In this document: piece after piece, positions 43,408 through 57,769 of the stretch
How the letters are laid out: the number at the start of each line of letters is the position of its first letter
Position numbering within the stretch: the stretch's first letter is position 1
NCBI RefSeq assembly: GCF_006345805.1
Contig: NC_043004.1
Location: forward strand, 16,244,001 to 16,308,000
Source: Octopus sinensis
Lineage: Eukaryota
DNA: 64,000 nucleotides
Reading direction: 5' to 3'
Position numbers and translations under genes: made by a program
Notes under the pieces: model-generated
Told to the model about the DNA's origin: nothing
Databases searched by the model: none
The model's input: only the letters and a program-made list of their open reading frames with translations

Positions 43408-43640
43408 TGGAGGCGCGTTGCATAGTGGTTAGGGTATCAGCATCATGATCGTAAGTTTGTGGTTTCGATTCCGGGACCGGGTGACGCGTTGTGTTCTTGA
43501 GCAAAACACTTCATTTCACTCAGCTGGCAAAAATGAGTAACGCTGCGATGGACTGGCATCCCGTCCAGCTGGGAAACATACGCCATAGGAACCGGGAAAC
43601 CGGGCCCATGAGCCTGGCTAGGCTTTAAAAGGACGCATTT
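43408..43640 (+). mobile_element. tRNA-derived SINE
   Basis: GGAGGCGCGTTGCATAGTGGTTAG (A box), GGTTTCGATTCC (B box), TTGAGCAAAACAC block shared with the 28870 copy; T-rich tail. Confidence 0.8.
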
Positions 43641-44258
43641 ATTTTTTTTATTATTATATATATTGTAGATAGTTACTATATTCAAGTTCACTACACTATT
43701 ATCTTTCAAAAGTAGTCTACAGAAGACAAGTTATATTGTTGATGTTTCAGCGTATTGGTGGAGTTCCATTATTTCTAGATTTTTACGAACAGCTTCAATA
43801 CATATAAACCACCACTCGCATCGATGTTTATCACGTAATGAAACAGCCTGTACCATGTTTTTATTGCATAACTGCGATACATAGTATTTTGTCTATCAAC
43901 AGTTGTATATATGATGCTTACTAAAAGGAGAAAAACATGGTAAAATATTTTTACTTTCACAATTTTCTTGTTTCAACTTAAGATTTAATAATTGTTAAAA
44001 TCTTAAAATTATTCATAAATCTAATTTCGATCAACTTTACAAATTCATACAACTCTACTCTATCATAGCGGAAAACATCAAAGACTCAAATGTCTTCCTT
44101 TTTAAATTATAATGAGTAAATGAACTACATAAATGGTAGGAAAACCACCCCGCATGCGTTATTCTACTAATTTCAGCGGTATTGAGAGTTATGAATGTCT
44201 TAACAATTCCTAATTTCTTTTGTAAATGATGGAGTGGGATATTCGGAAATTGTAATAG

Positions 44259-44358
<100 letters not shown>

Positions 44359-45104
44359 TGTGTGTGTGTGTATATATATATGTATATTTGTATTGTTGAA
44401 TAAATTAAATGTTTTCATTGCAGCTGTTCTATTGGGACCATGATACGTTTTGCATAATCTTACAATCAATTCTCTGAAGTACATTATTTCTCATCATATC
44501 ATGTTTTCTTTAAATGATTTATCAGTCTTAATGTTTGTGCGTGTCTAGTCTTTCTAGTTTACACTGCTGTGTATAGAAACTGAACTGCAAGAACTTCAAC
44601 ACTGCACTGAAATATGTTTGTGTGTCTGTCTGTGTGTATGTGTGTGTGTGTGTGTTTGCTTGTGTGTGCTTGTGTGTGCTTGTGAATGTGAGTATGTATC
44701 TATAAATAATATGGGTTGCTTATTAGCAATTTAACAACCTAATGGCAAATTTATAGACGTCACTAGAGTGACAGAAGGAGCTAAGCAGTACCAACATTGT
44801 TAGAAGAGTCAAAACAACTTTATTTCCAAACGTGTGTGTGTATCAGTGTGTGTGTGTGTGTGTGTGTAACAGTGCGTGTGTGTGTGTGTGTGTAACAGTG
44901 CGTGTGTGTGTGTGTGTGTATACATCTGTTACAGAATGGAGTAGTTAAGATCCGGGCTACATATGTTTCATAGCGAGCGGAACTCAGAAGTGGGAAACAT
45001 CCAGGCAGGCTATTCTTCAGGCCAAAGATATCTAGATTATCGCAAGGAGGTACATGTTGAAACATTGAAGATGCGATCAGAATGTGCAGGTCCAAGGATC
45101 TTAC

Positions 45105-45148
<44 letters not shown>

Positions 45149-45304
45149 TATATATATATAATGTTTTACCTGTTTCCAGAACTTAACGGTGGCCATGCTG
45201 GTGCCATATATATTTATAGATAGATACACACACATATGTATATATATATATATATATATATGTACATACATATGTGTGTGTGTATGTTTGTGGGTGGGTG
45301 TATA

Positions 45305-45466
45305 CACGACGATCTTCTTTCAATTTCCGTCTACCAGTTCCACTAAAAGGTCTTTGGTCAACTCGAAGGTATAGTAGAAAACACTTTCCCAAGGTACCAA
45401 GCAGTGAGTCTCGACCAGGAATCATGTGGCTGGGAAGCAACCTTCCTACCACATTGTCAAGTCTGC
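45305..45466 (-). mobile_element. Degraded SINE
   Basis: Minus strand GTGGTAGGAAGGTTGCTTCCCAGCCACATG head; a related head occurs at 59957-60030 and 61194-61267. Confidence 0.5.
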
Positions 45467-47875
45467 TTATGTATTAAAATAACAAAATAATATCGTAAAT
45501 TTATTCATTATTTTATAGCGGACATTTGATAACAATATCGTTTAATTATGTATTTTTAGACCTTCAGTTCAAATAATGCTACAGTCGTCATCTTTACCTT
45601 TCATTATTCTTCTGAGGTCTATAAAATAAAGTACCAATCAGATCCTGCTATCGATATTATATACCATATCTCTCAGGCAAATTTGATGCTTGCTTTCTAT
45701 ATGACGAAATATTTTACCAATTTATTCATATAGGCATAATACCTAAAATTGTTCAGGAGTGTAATTTGCTTTTGTAACATCCTCAATAATTGCAAACGTA
45801 AATCGGGATATTAATCATTATTCTTCACAATACACACGTACAAATATATATGCACACAGACATAATCACAAATAAACTGAGATACACAAACCCTTATAAT
45901 TCACCACTTCCAAACTCGCTATTGGTGCAATTAAATTTACCTCACATTATAACTGCATTATTCATTATTTCATCTTGAATAATTATCTTAATGCGTGGTA
46001 CGGCGCTGGAAGTTGGAATATTATAAATCGGACTGAAGCTAATCACCAATGAAACAGTTGGAGTTGTTCTTGAATAAAGCTGCTAGGAGATGGACATAAT
46101 TTGCTAATTATTGGAAATACAGAGGAAAACAATAAATAAAGTTACTCCTTTAAATTTAGTTATATCACCCGATTTATAAATGTGTTTCTTCATACTGAAG
46201 TTCAAATGTTACATCGCTAATGACATAATAATGACATATATTTATTCACCCGTTCAACTAATTTTTATTAGTTCTTTTGTGGTATGCCGAATTTTGTACG
46301 TCGGCAAAATACGAGCGGAACAAACGATATTCAACGTCAATATGATATTTCTTGATATAATATAGAATATTTAAACTATGATAACCATGGCAACCATGAA
46401 AACCATTTACCAAGGATCTACATGTTCGATTACGGCTAATAATCATATTTCATAAGCAGACACAACACATTCGAAACATGAGATGCTATATCGTTAGAAA
46501 ATAATACATAAATAGGTGATATAATAAGGTCTTCAAGATATTATCAGCCCGCTAAATTTAATTATTTTTCTCATAAAGCAGTTGTGTCACTTTTGATTAT
46601 ACACGAAGTTAAAAAAATATATATATATATTTAACAGGCAAGTATTCTTTTAGCTATCTATTTTGGTTCGTCTGTAAATTCTTCAAATATTCTTTTTCCT
46701 GTATCCTTTTCGTTAGAATAGGATTTAATTGTTGTTAGTTGCTGGGGGTTCCTTTGTTTATTTGTCAACAATTGCTATATTATTAGCCCGAAGAATTGTA
46801 TTGCTTTCGTAATTTTCTTGGCACCGACATGAACTCAAAATTGTCTGTAGCATTTTATTTGCTTCATACCCCTTTTCAAATTCTCTTCAAATTTAGTTTC
46901 CGTTCTCATCAGTGAGAAAATTATTTTTTTCCATTCGAAAATCTTTTCAACCAATATTATTTCAATAGTTTGTATTAAACGTTCAGTAGCTTCTATCTAA
47001 AAATAGATAGAGACATATTAGTCTCATACACTTTACACAAATACTTGTAATATATTTTTTCTTTATAAACTAATGTGCATAGCATTATTAATTAGGAAAA
47101 TATCTAAATGTCGAATGAATGTAAGATAATTAAACATAAATATTCGTTACATGTTACTTACTAAACGACACTGAGAACGAGAACTAATTTTAATAAAATT
47201 TGAATGAACAGCAACTAAAGATCATATAACCATCTACTGTGAAATAGTCATTCTATATTGGGGAGAAACATTATAGTTGTATTTTGAATCTCATGTTCTA
47301 AAAACCCCAACACTTCAGTATAAGGACCGATGTTCACACGACACTCATGCAAAACATCTGTTTTTCAGTTACGTCCGAATAGACAAGCAATAAAGGGTTC
47401 CTCTATCAAGCGCGTATACTAAGAGCAATGTAGTTCTAATCACACAAAAATATAGGATGACACTCGATGGAATTATCTTGATCAACTCTCAGTTTATTAC
47501 ATACCAATGACGAAATCTACATTCCATACATAAATAATCGAGTAACAAATGTTCTATATACATTGATTCTTCACCATGTGTTACAGTGCTGCATGCCAGA
47601 TGTCGCAATTACTCTTGCAGAAGATAATCAACAGCATATAATGGTTACATATTTCATAATTTCTACGTAAAATGATATAAAACATAAAATAGTTTTATAT
47701 CATATTCAACGCTTACTATCTCACAATATTCAGTCACCCAGGACACATTTCCTACTTTCTGTGTTATAATGCACGATGAAAACATTTAAGTCTAATGTTA
47801 ATATTATGACTAACACATTGATAAACAATAGCATAATAGGTGAAATGTTGCAGGTAGTTTCTTACTAATATATAC

Positions 47876-47968
<93 letters not shown>

Positions 47969-48049
47969 AAATGCATATATATTTTATGTGTGCGTATGTA
48001 TTTATGTATCTATGTATCTATGCATATATGTATGACATTATTCAGATTT

Positions 48050-48540
48050 TATGCCTATAGAGTAAGAGCCGCTTCCTAACCTAGATCCAAGGTGCCTTCA
48101 TTGGAATTTCAAAAATATCAACAGGGTATTATTGTATGTATATATGTATATGTACAGAATCTTATGTTTTGTGTATGTATTTTAATGCATATAGTCGCTT
48201 ATATAGACATCCTTATATATACTTAAATTATAAACTTCTAGAAACTTTTGCAGATTTCTACAGTTCCAGTGATGGATTGGATCTGTAGTCTTCAAATCGG
48301 CTTTCTGGTTTCTTGTTTTAAGAAGCCTAATTTCTCAAGATTGGTATTTAGGCAGTGTGTTACATATCTCAGTGCTCCAATAATTACAGGTATAAACCTG
48401 AACTTGTAATTTGGATAGCTTAGCTGCAAATTACTCAATAATTCTGCGTAGGCATTTTCTTTTCCGATGGGGAACTGATTCCCACAGGTGCATTGTTTCT
48501 CTTCTCTATCCCAAATCCTTACGTCAAGTCTATTGTATTT
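48050..48540 (-). mobile_element. 3' fragment (RLE + 3' UTR) of a distinct RLE non-LTR retrotransposon
   Basis: NRLDVRIWDREEKQC..KENAYAELLSNLQLSYPNYKFRFIPVIIGAL..LQIQSITGTVEICKSF; flanked by TATG-type repeats. Confidence 0.7.
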
Positions 48541-50119
48541 TCACTATGTATGTATTTAAATATTATGTATGCATTCATGTATAATATCGACGCAGACATA
48601 ACTAATTACACACTATAACTTGGAGGATAGGTGTGTGTAAATCATGACGGGGATATATATACACACATAAATACATACATACATGCATACATGCATTTAT
48701 GTATATATGTATGTCTGTATGCATATGCATATATATATAGAACAAGTGTTTATGGATCCACGCTTTGGAAGTGCAGTGTGTTGTCTTGTGGCAAACATCC
48801 CCAATACACGCTGTAGCCATGTCTGCCTTCCACAGAAGTCAAAGCAACCCCGATTTAAATATGTGGACCCCAAATGCAAATAAGGTTTGTAATATCTGGT
48901 TTGCTTCTTCAAAGAATGATTCTTATATACACAGGGTTTAAATAAATCCTCGAGTGACTTATCAGTTGTATAATCACTGGATATAAATTGCACAGATTTA
49001 CTTAATAAATCGGGACTTTTTGGAGAACAATATAGTATACGTAGAGTTCTTCTCTTTAAAAATATAACGGATCATCAATTATTTTCTCCTGTTAGAGCCC
49101 TAAGAATTCTGTTAACAACCACAAAATGTGTTACCTTATCACACATAGTTTTTATTATTTTTTTACTACGCAATATGCCTCTATACCATAAACTATACGA
49201 CGCTTTTTCTAACCAATGTTTCAGATTCTGTGCTTCATGTTTTTTTTTATTTTTCCCTTAGAAGTTCTGATGTTGCTAAAAAAATTGAAAAACTCTCCTA
49301 TAGCTTGTATAAATATCTCTTCATCAATCACTTCAGCCGAAACATTTACGTTTCACTACTTTCTGTTTTATTTTTTCTAAATATTCCCAGACTTCTGCGC
49401 TTAGTGAATTTGTTAGTTTGAATATATTTACCATCAATATTATTTCATGTTTCGATATAATCATTTTATCTTGACTGATATTTTATAAAATAAATGGATT
49501 TGCATTTTGGCTTTTGATGGTTTTGTATCTTTCATTTTTATTTTTATCTTTATATCTATTTTCATTTTGTTCATTTTTGGAAACATTTTTTCTGACCTTT
49601 ACAATACGGTCCACTCAGCTGTTTGCTGACATCAACAGCTGTTGATAAATCCAGCGTAAGCCAGTCATTTGCAAAATATAGTATTAAGAATAAACGAAAG
49701 GACAAATAATAAAACCAAAAAAATATAGAAATACCAACAAAACACAATCCGCTTTGCAGAAAAAAAAAAGAAATATAACTTTTTGAATTATTCTTCAATA
49801 ATTACATCGTTGAAAATAATTCAAACTAATCAACCTAATCATTTATTAGACAAATGTCAATGCTATGAATGAAAAATATCAAGAAAATATTATGACTTCA
49901 CCACGCTGAAAACATCGTGTCAGTATTATAATTATTTTACTATCTGTGAATGTGATGGGTAGTGCAATATTGAAAGATATTCACTAAATGTTTTGCCGAA
50001 TATATTTACGCTTCTTTATGCTGTTTGCTCAAATCCGGCAGTGTTCAAAAAACTCGATTGCCGATTATTTATTGGAGCTCATATAATCGACAATTTCTTC
50101 TTAATAAATTTATTAAGAA

Positions 50120-50218
50120 ATGATGATGACGATGATGATGGTGATGACGACGACGACGACGACGACGACGATGATGATGATGATGATGTTGATGATGATG
50201 ATGATGATGATGATGATA
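50120..50218. repeat. (GAT/GAC)n microsatellite
   Basis: Directly visible. Confidence 0.95.
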
Positions 50219-50599
50219 TTTCAAATAATGTTATTGTGTTACTAAGTGTACTACCACGTTTTAGAGGTCATAAGTTCTGACTGAATTTTGCTGTAACAGT
50301 AAAATCTCGTTCAAACATTTACATTAAATATGATACGTAGATGGCTATTTTATTCCAATACAGCGTCTATGTCATATAACGGAATTCTATGACTATTAGA
50401 GACACGAGCAAATTATTTTTCAGTTTCCTTTATATTGGTTGCGGCAAGTCTCGTTCACGCATATACATCTGATAACACGCTATTAACTTTCACCGAGGAA
50501 GAAATCAATTCTGTGGTCTCACTATCAATGCTAGGGTGATTTTCCTCTCTCTTTCATATATATTGTCGCTTAAAATATAGCAGCAGCACAGCACATCCT

Positions 50600-52230
50600 T
50601 AAGATATGTTATCTCTGTAAAAATATAGTATTAAATTGCCGTTCAACGATATATTTACAATAGGAATGATACAACGTTGGCTATTCCATCAATTATATTT
50701 CCCTATTTCGCTATGCTTTCTATCTCTTCTTTCGACTTTTGTTTTACAATTTTGTATTGATGATATGCTGATATATTTAGTGTGTCCCAATTTCCAGTCT
50801 AAAACCCTTTACTTTCTTCTGCATCCAAAATAACAACATCATTCTTATTATCTTCTAGTTCCTGAAGCAGTTTTGAGAAATTTGAATTTAAAAAATGTTT
50901 ATTCTGACTGTGCCGTTCATTTCTAGTCATTTTCAATGACTTTTCCTGTAAACTCATTCCGACTTTTTCGTGTAACTCGCTAATTTTCAATTTGTCTACT
51001 CTACAGAAGATGACTTTCAGTGTGTTTAACTAAAAAAACATATTTTCTTCATTGTGGTTCTTATAAGTTCTATTACTTCTTTCCTTAAACCCTACTGCTT
51101 CCGCTACGTCATTTGCTGCAGTGCCTGTCAAAGTATTTTTACGGTTACATAATTTTGACACCACTGTCTCCAGCTTTATTTTCTAGTGTTTCAAGTCTAA
51201 TACTTATTCCTAGCCATATATCTTAATTTCTGATGGATTTCCTCAGAATTTTCTTGCATTTTTCCCAGAACTTTCGTGAAAACAGAGTATTCTTCTTCAT
51301 CTATCCCTACAAATTGTGCATTCCTAATTATTGTATTTTCATCTATCGTTTAAATTAACTTTAATTCTTCTGATTTCGTCAGCGTCTTCGCCTACTTCTT
51401 CCCCTTCTCGTTCGTGCCCAATTTTTCTTCTGATCTCCTCCATTTCAATTTTAGTTAGCCATTTATGACTTGTAATTGCTCTAGCTTGGCAATTTTGCCT
51501 TTGCTATGTGACTTCAAAATGACCTTCTTCCTCCCATATTTGCTTCATCCTTTGTCTGAAGCCTCTCTCATTTGCTACACTTCTAATAAAACACTCAGTG
51601 ACAATTTTCTTGACATCCTTTTCCCATTTCTTCCCAAGTTCATTCGAGCAGTGGCTTCAGTAAAATGTTCAAAAGTATTTCTTCCGGCACCTTACATTCC
51701 GAGTTCAAACCAGGAGTTTGAAAAAGTTGTGTACCAGTCAATTACCTGTTCAATGTAATCGACTAACTGCTTCCTCTAAACTAAGCTTGTGCTAAACCTC
51801 GATACCATCAATATTATTATTTCCATTTCACGTCTCAAAGATCTTCATTTCACTTCCTCCAACTATTGTCAAGAGCCTTACAGTATCTTTCCAAGACACT
51901 TAACATGCATGTACCAATCACAGATTGTTGTTCCCAATAAAGTAGAATTCTGAGCAGTTCTACCCTCATGTCAATCCCAAACTGCCAACAGATTTCTTAA
52001 ACCTGGTTGTTAACACTCTCATTGCCAAACAACTACTGGTATGAGAGTTACTTTCTTCATTGCCTACATTCGTGCAATCTTATATTTTAGTGGCTTGTAC
52101 ATTTTAATCTTTTCGACTTCGTTGTCATCAACTCGTTCATCCTCAGGTATGGAAATGTATGTGATGTTGGTGACTTTCGTAATTTTGTCAACTACAAGGA
52201 TGTCTGGGCTCCGAGCATCAATCACTGAAT
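50600..52230 (-). mobile_element. Very degraded R4-like sequence (RLE piece followed by an N-terminal piece)
   Basis: ARSPDILVVDKITK..EKIKMYKPLK near 52090-52225; KSLKMTRNERHSQNKHFLNSNFSKLLQEL parallels KAQRIRRYEKRQRFFEQNKQFNSNPKTFYQEL. Confidence 0.5.
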
Positions 52231-52549
52231 CACAAAAGCACAGACACGAATTCTTATCGAAGCCATTTCACATAAATTAATTATACATTTCTCTAAAATC
52301 AGAATCCTTGCCTTGCAAAAAAGAAAATATCAAAAAAGAAAAGCAGTTTCATATAGAATCTCAAAATGAATGATTTACCTTAAAAATTATAAGTAGATTA
52401 GAATATAATTTTGTTCTATTTTAGGCACTGTTAATTCATAGCTAAATCAGAAATATTCGGGGGCACCTAAAGACCTATGCAAGCTCACTGAATACGTATC
52501 AAGCAAGGCATTTGAAGCTCAGTTTATATTAGAGGTAATTTGATACCTA

Positions 52550-52808
52550 AGGCGATGGATTGGCAAAATCATTAGATCGTTGGAGTTTTAATGTATGTAT
52601 AATTGTTCTTTATGTTTTCAGTTCAACTTCTGTTAAGACCAAAGTTGCTTTTAACATGCTGCAATTAAGAGAATTACCCGTTAGTCCAGATAAATGGCTT
52701 GGTGCAGACGCTTCTGCAATAAAAAAAAATTACTTGTGCTTGTTATATAATGCTGCTCCTGGCAAATATGGACACTACGTATGCAGCAGCATACATGGTG
52801 ACATGTAA
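52550..52808 (+). mobile_element. Degraded SINE
   Basis: GGCGATGGATTGGCAAAATCATTAG head and CAGTTCAACT resemble the head of the 30-kb SINE. Confidence 0.35.
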
Positions 52809-54219
52809 ATTCAAAACTAAGGCGGGCAACAGTAAACAAACTCTTTTTTCTTCTCCTAAAATATTATGACATTGTTTCAAAGGAGACATCCTGGTTTGGC
52901 AACGCTCAGAACCTTGAATGAAATGCTATGAATTATAATGAGAAAGTAAAAGCATAATGGTTTTAATTATGCTGCTTAATGACTTTGCATAAAAAACCAA
53001 CTGCGACAAACTAGTACGAATCCAGTTTCAGAAAAACTAACCGTAGTATATGGAGGTTTCATATCATCGATTATACTATTTTCAGTGCATGAAGGTAAAG
53101 GAAACATATAAATACTTCCAAACTAGAATATAAATCATAGTTATAGAGATCGGCTAATACATCTACACTTCTTACAGTCTGAAGATAATTCTAGATATCA
53201 AGTAGAAACAATATTGCGTTATTGCTGAAAAATACAGACCGAGAAAAACAAAGAAAACAAAAGATCTCATCATTATATGTCCTAGATTTCAGCAGGATAG
53301 TGTACGATACTAAGAATTGAGCAGTTGCTGTGCTGGAGGAAATTTAGTAAATAAATGGAAGTCTGTATTGTGTTCAATATCGGAAATTTAAGCAATACGT
53401 TAGCCAATGGATATCACACTTTCTTTTTCTAACAGTAGAAACAATAGTTATCAATATTCCGAATATTGTCGACGATTAAAGGGAACAAAGGAAATAAATA
53501 TAACCTCCTCAAAACTTAGCATTACAGCCGTTTGATGTTAATGTGATGCATACCAAATAATATATATGAAAATAGACACGAACGTAAATCGGGAAAAGCT
53601 TTAAAGACACCGATACAGGAATTAATCAAACCCAGATTATGATAAATATGAATACATGGTTGAAAATACTGCATGGGAGATTATAGGAATGATGGAATTG
53701 ATAGATGTGTGCAGCTTTTGTATGGTTTACTGTATAAAAACGAATCATGAAATCATTGTTAATGTCACCACAAAAACAGAGTGAAGTGGAACATATTCTC
53801 GTATTTTATCGTCGCAATGTATTGACGATGAAGTAAGAGACAACCGAGGGAAACTATGCAAGCTAAAATATTAAACGAGGAAATTTATATTGACTTCGAT
53901 AATACATTTTAGTGTGCAATTACCTGCTGAATCTGGAAATTCTCCCGTTTACACAAATAAAGGAATTATATTCCTGGTATATAAAGAGAAACAATAATTT
54001 CCTAACAGATACACAGATACATGTACATGTTTGTTTCTTGTGATAGAACTAATCCATTCCACAGTCTATCGAAGGGTGTCTTTAATCAAATTCAGTCTTG
54101 CGAAATTTCGAACCAAGCTTCCACTAGGAAATCATGTTCGAGTTATTAATGCGAGGTTAGCTACAACAGATTTCTTTAGTCCTATAGTTTGTCTGTGAGT
54201 GAAAGCTAGAGATACACTA

Positions 54220-54268
<49 letters not shown>

Positions 54269-55498
54269 TTAAAAATTCATGAAACATTTATTTTCACTGT
54301 TGAAGAGAACAGTTAACTATTGACCTGTCTTTATTTGCAGTCAAGATACAGCTATAAACATATGTTTCAATCCGCCATGTCAGCATAGTACAATATAATT
54401 TAGTTTAAAGAAGATGAAATAGATTGCTGAATATAATAGAAAGTTTAATGTGTGTATTTTGGCCAAGGTTAATGGGAAATAATTAGATAGTAAAGAAACA
54501 AAGGAAATAACTGTAATTAATCGATAATATGAATTTAGATAATTAAGTTAAAAGGTGATATGCTTAACACCGTATATATAAATTCGTAATTCAATGAAAA
54601 TTCTCTTTGCAATAGTTGCAGATCATAAAACGCCTAACGGCAGTCCTTCATATGTCTCCGGGGTAGATATTTTCAAGAAATTCTAAAATTTTCTAAATTT
54701 AGTTATCAGGAAATATGTGTGATACCTGCTTGAAATTATGTAGTCTTCACCTGTCTTTATGCTTGAATGTTTGCTGATGTCGTTATTACATTGCTGCAGA
54801 ATGACATAATAACTTGGGTATAACAAGCATCCTTAAAATGTCAAAAGAATACACACTTCAGGTTACCAGAATGCTACCCTTAACGTAGTGAAAGAGAGAG
54901 AAAAACAAATACACGGAATTCATGCTAGAAAATAATTATAATTTTTCATATTGTGAAGCTCCGTTGAAACAAGCAAATGATCAAAAAGCTGCTCCTATCA
55001 AAATTTCCTGTACGGATTCCAATTTTGTTCACCTTCAAGGAAATGTAACACTTCTGACGATCAATCACAACATGTTGTTGAAAAGGGAAAATTGTCATTG
55101 ACATTCACGTTATTTAAATAATATATTTTGGGACGCTAAAAATGAAGAGTATGTGTTTAATTCACTTCCGATGTATTCCGTTCTATTTAAAATATACACC
55201 ATTATTACAATAGCTGCAATAATCCCAACACGTCACATGAAATCAGAATTCCGAAAAAATCACTAAGTCCGGGTGAGCTGGAGATAAGAATTAGAACGAG
55301 AACTTACGTCAGTAAATTCAAATGTCATATTTGGTGATGAACTGCAAGTAGCTTAGGAATTTTGCTATGGAAAATCGGGGAAAGTGGGGAAAGTTGCACT
55401 ATCTCAAGAATATATATATATATGTATGTATTTATATATGTATATATTGCATACATGTAATATATGTATTTATTTCTCTGTGCATACATGCATGCACG

Positions 55499-55529
<31 letters not shown>

Positions 55530-56985
55530 TTATTTATAAAACATGTACATATGTGTTTGTATGCATGTACGTATGCAAGTATGTTTATATTAGCAGCCAA
55601 ATGTGGAACAGGAGACCTCGATTATTTTAAATATACAAAAATCCAATCTAGTCATAATATTGATTATACTATAAGACACGACATAAAGCAGTAGAATTTC
55701 TTATGAAAAGATATGAAAGATTCTAGACATGCACAAATGCAAAAGCATACAGGGTTGTGTGATCAAAGTAGATATAAATATTATAAACAATATGAAATAA
55801 TCTAATAAACACAACCAGTAAAATGGCATTAACAAATATAGAAATGTCACGTTCGTTTGATGTTTTCTTTTTCCTATATATTTCGCTGTTAGGCTCACAA
55901 AGATATACGTGCTACAGTGCTAAAATATAAAAGATGTTGTTCATATACATATTGTAAATAATGGACCTACATAAAATAATTAATTCTAAAACTTTGAATA
56001 CTACGTATCAGTAGACGTTACTGAAATAGGGATGTGAGAATTGAAAATAATACGCAACGAAGACACATGTATATCGCCGTATATGTGAATATTGAATTAG
56101 TTTATATTTTTAACAATATTTTCATATAGAGACAGGGTAGTACTGTAATTAAACTAAATGAATCTTTGATCATGGAAACCCCTACGTGAATTCCGATTAC
56201 AAATCATTCGATTGCCGATAGATGATAATGCTTAAATATTTTCAGATATGTAATAACACTTGTCATTAGGCAGAATTATTTAGACAGGAAACATGTAATA
56301 ACTTATTAAATGCCACTGATCGTTCTGTCCACTAAACATTACACTGACAATTTTATATACAGTTTTCAGAACTTCCCAAAGTATCAATGATAAAAAAGTA
56401 TTATATTAATGTAATATTGGTTTTTGCCTTCCACCATTACGCTACTTATATATTACTAAGATTTTATGACTTCCAAGTGACCACGACACAAGGCCAAATA
56501 TATTACACAGCATGTTTTTATTAGCGCGCTTTAGAAAATATCGAGGGTAAAATAATTTCTGTGTGTCAGTAATAAGTTAGTGCTAAACTTTTCCATATTC
56601 CCTTTTGCTCGCTATGATTAATAGAAATAGGAAATAACAAGTGATTTTCAGAATATATATATACTTTATTGTCGACGATTAATAACTTCTATCGATTCCG
56701 ACTATTATCGTTGAACGGAGAACGTCTAGGATCGTAAAATTCCCCTGCTAAGTCGAAAATATATTAATCAAACCATGTTCAAACAATGAGGCGATTACAT
56801 ATATATTTCTTTTAAGAAATACATGCTACCCGTGTAATACTTTCATGAATTATACTGGTATTCATGACATTTATCACAACTTACAAAAGCTATATACATA
56901 TACGTATGCATGCAAACATAAACATAACTACGCATATACATACACAAAAACAACACCGATGCACACACACGCACACACATATATA

Positions 56986-57178
56986 TAGGGAGAAATCACA
57001 AAAAAACAAAAGACGAAGACAGGTGGTATATACAACAAACAGATGCATTAGTATAATGCTTGGGAAGTGAAAAATTCTTTACCGTTTCAAGCCTACACTC
57101 TTCCACAGAAAGGAACACAGAAAGAAACAAGGAGAGAAAATAAAAATGTGTAGTGGCTAGCGATCTATTATGCCGAAT
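56986..57178 (-). mobile_element. Solo Penelope-like pLTR 3' end with hammerhead-like motif (57077-57112)
   Basis: Reverse complement aligns to 22770-22979 (TAGC.ACT.CAC, TTCTCTCCTT, CTTTCTGTGGAAGAGTGTAGGCTTGAAACGGTAAAG, ATACTAAT, CCACCTG.CTTCGTCTTTTGTT); ends in TATATAT. Confidence 0.8.
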
Positions 57179-57509
57179 ACACACACACACGCGCGCGCGT
57201 GCGCGCGCGCAAACACGCACACATGTATGTATATATATATATATTATCTAAGTCTATGAACTATATTGGGAATACAGGAAAATATAACGGATTTTACACA
57301 TAGCTATTATGGATTATTACAGAAGACTTACCAAAGAAACATATATGAATTTAAAGAGTCTCATACTAAAGTGTACTTACCAAAATCAAAAGCAGTAAAT
57401 TTCAAGTTTTAGTTTATATTTCAAACAAACACCATTTTATCATATTACATCATATTTTTAAAAAAACTACCGTTCGATATATGAAGATATATATATATAT
57501 ATATGTATG

Positions 57510-57567
<58 letters not shown>

Positions 57568-57768
57568 TTAATCCAAACAAGAAAACACAAAAAACACAAC
57601 AACGCGAGGACATGGAACAAATATAGTATTATTGGACGCTCAGGAAAGAAGGGAAGAAGGAAGGTTTAACGTTTCGAGCGGAGCTCTTCGTCGGAAACAT
57701 AGGAGAAGGAAAGATCCCGCGAAGGGAAGACAGAGGGAAAAAATCGCCAACGGTCCACACGAGGTCAT
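57568..57768 (-). mobile_element. Solo Penelope-like 3' end of a second subfamily, with hammerhead-like motif (57664-57698)
   Basis: rc GTTT-CCGACGA-A-GAGC TCC GCTC-GAAA-CGTT-AAAC followed by TTCCTGAGCG..AATAC..TTGTT as in the pLTRs; abuts (TA)n. Confidence 0.72.
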
Positions 57769-57769
57769 A

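Noticed and set aside
46885-46915. CTGATGA..GAAA on the minus strand
   Set aside because: Stems II and III do not pair.
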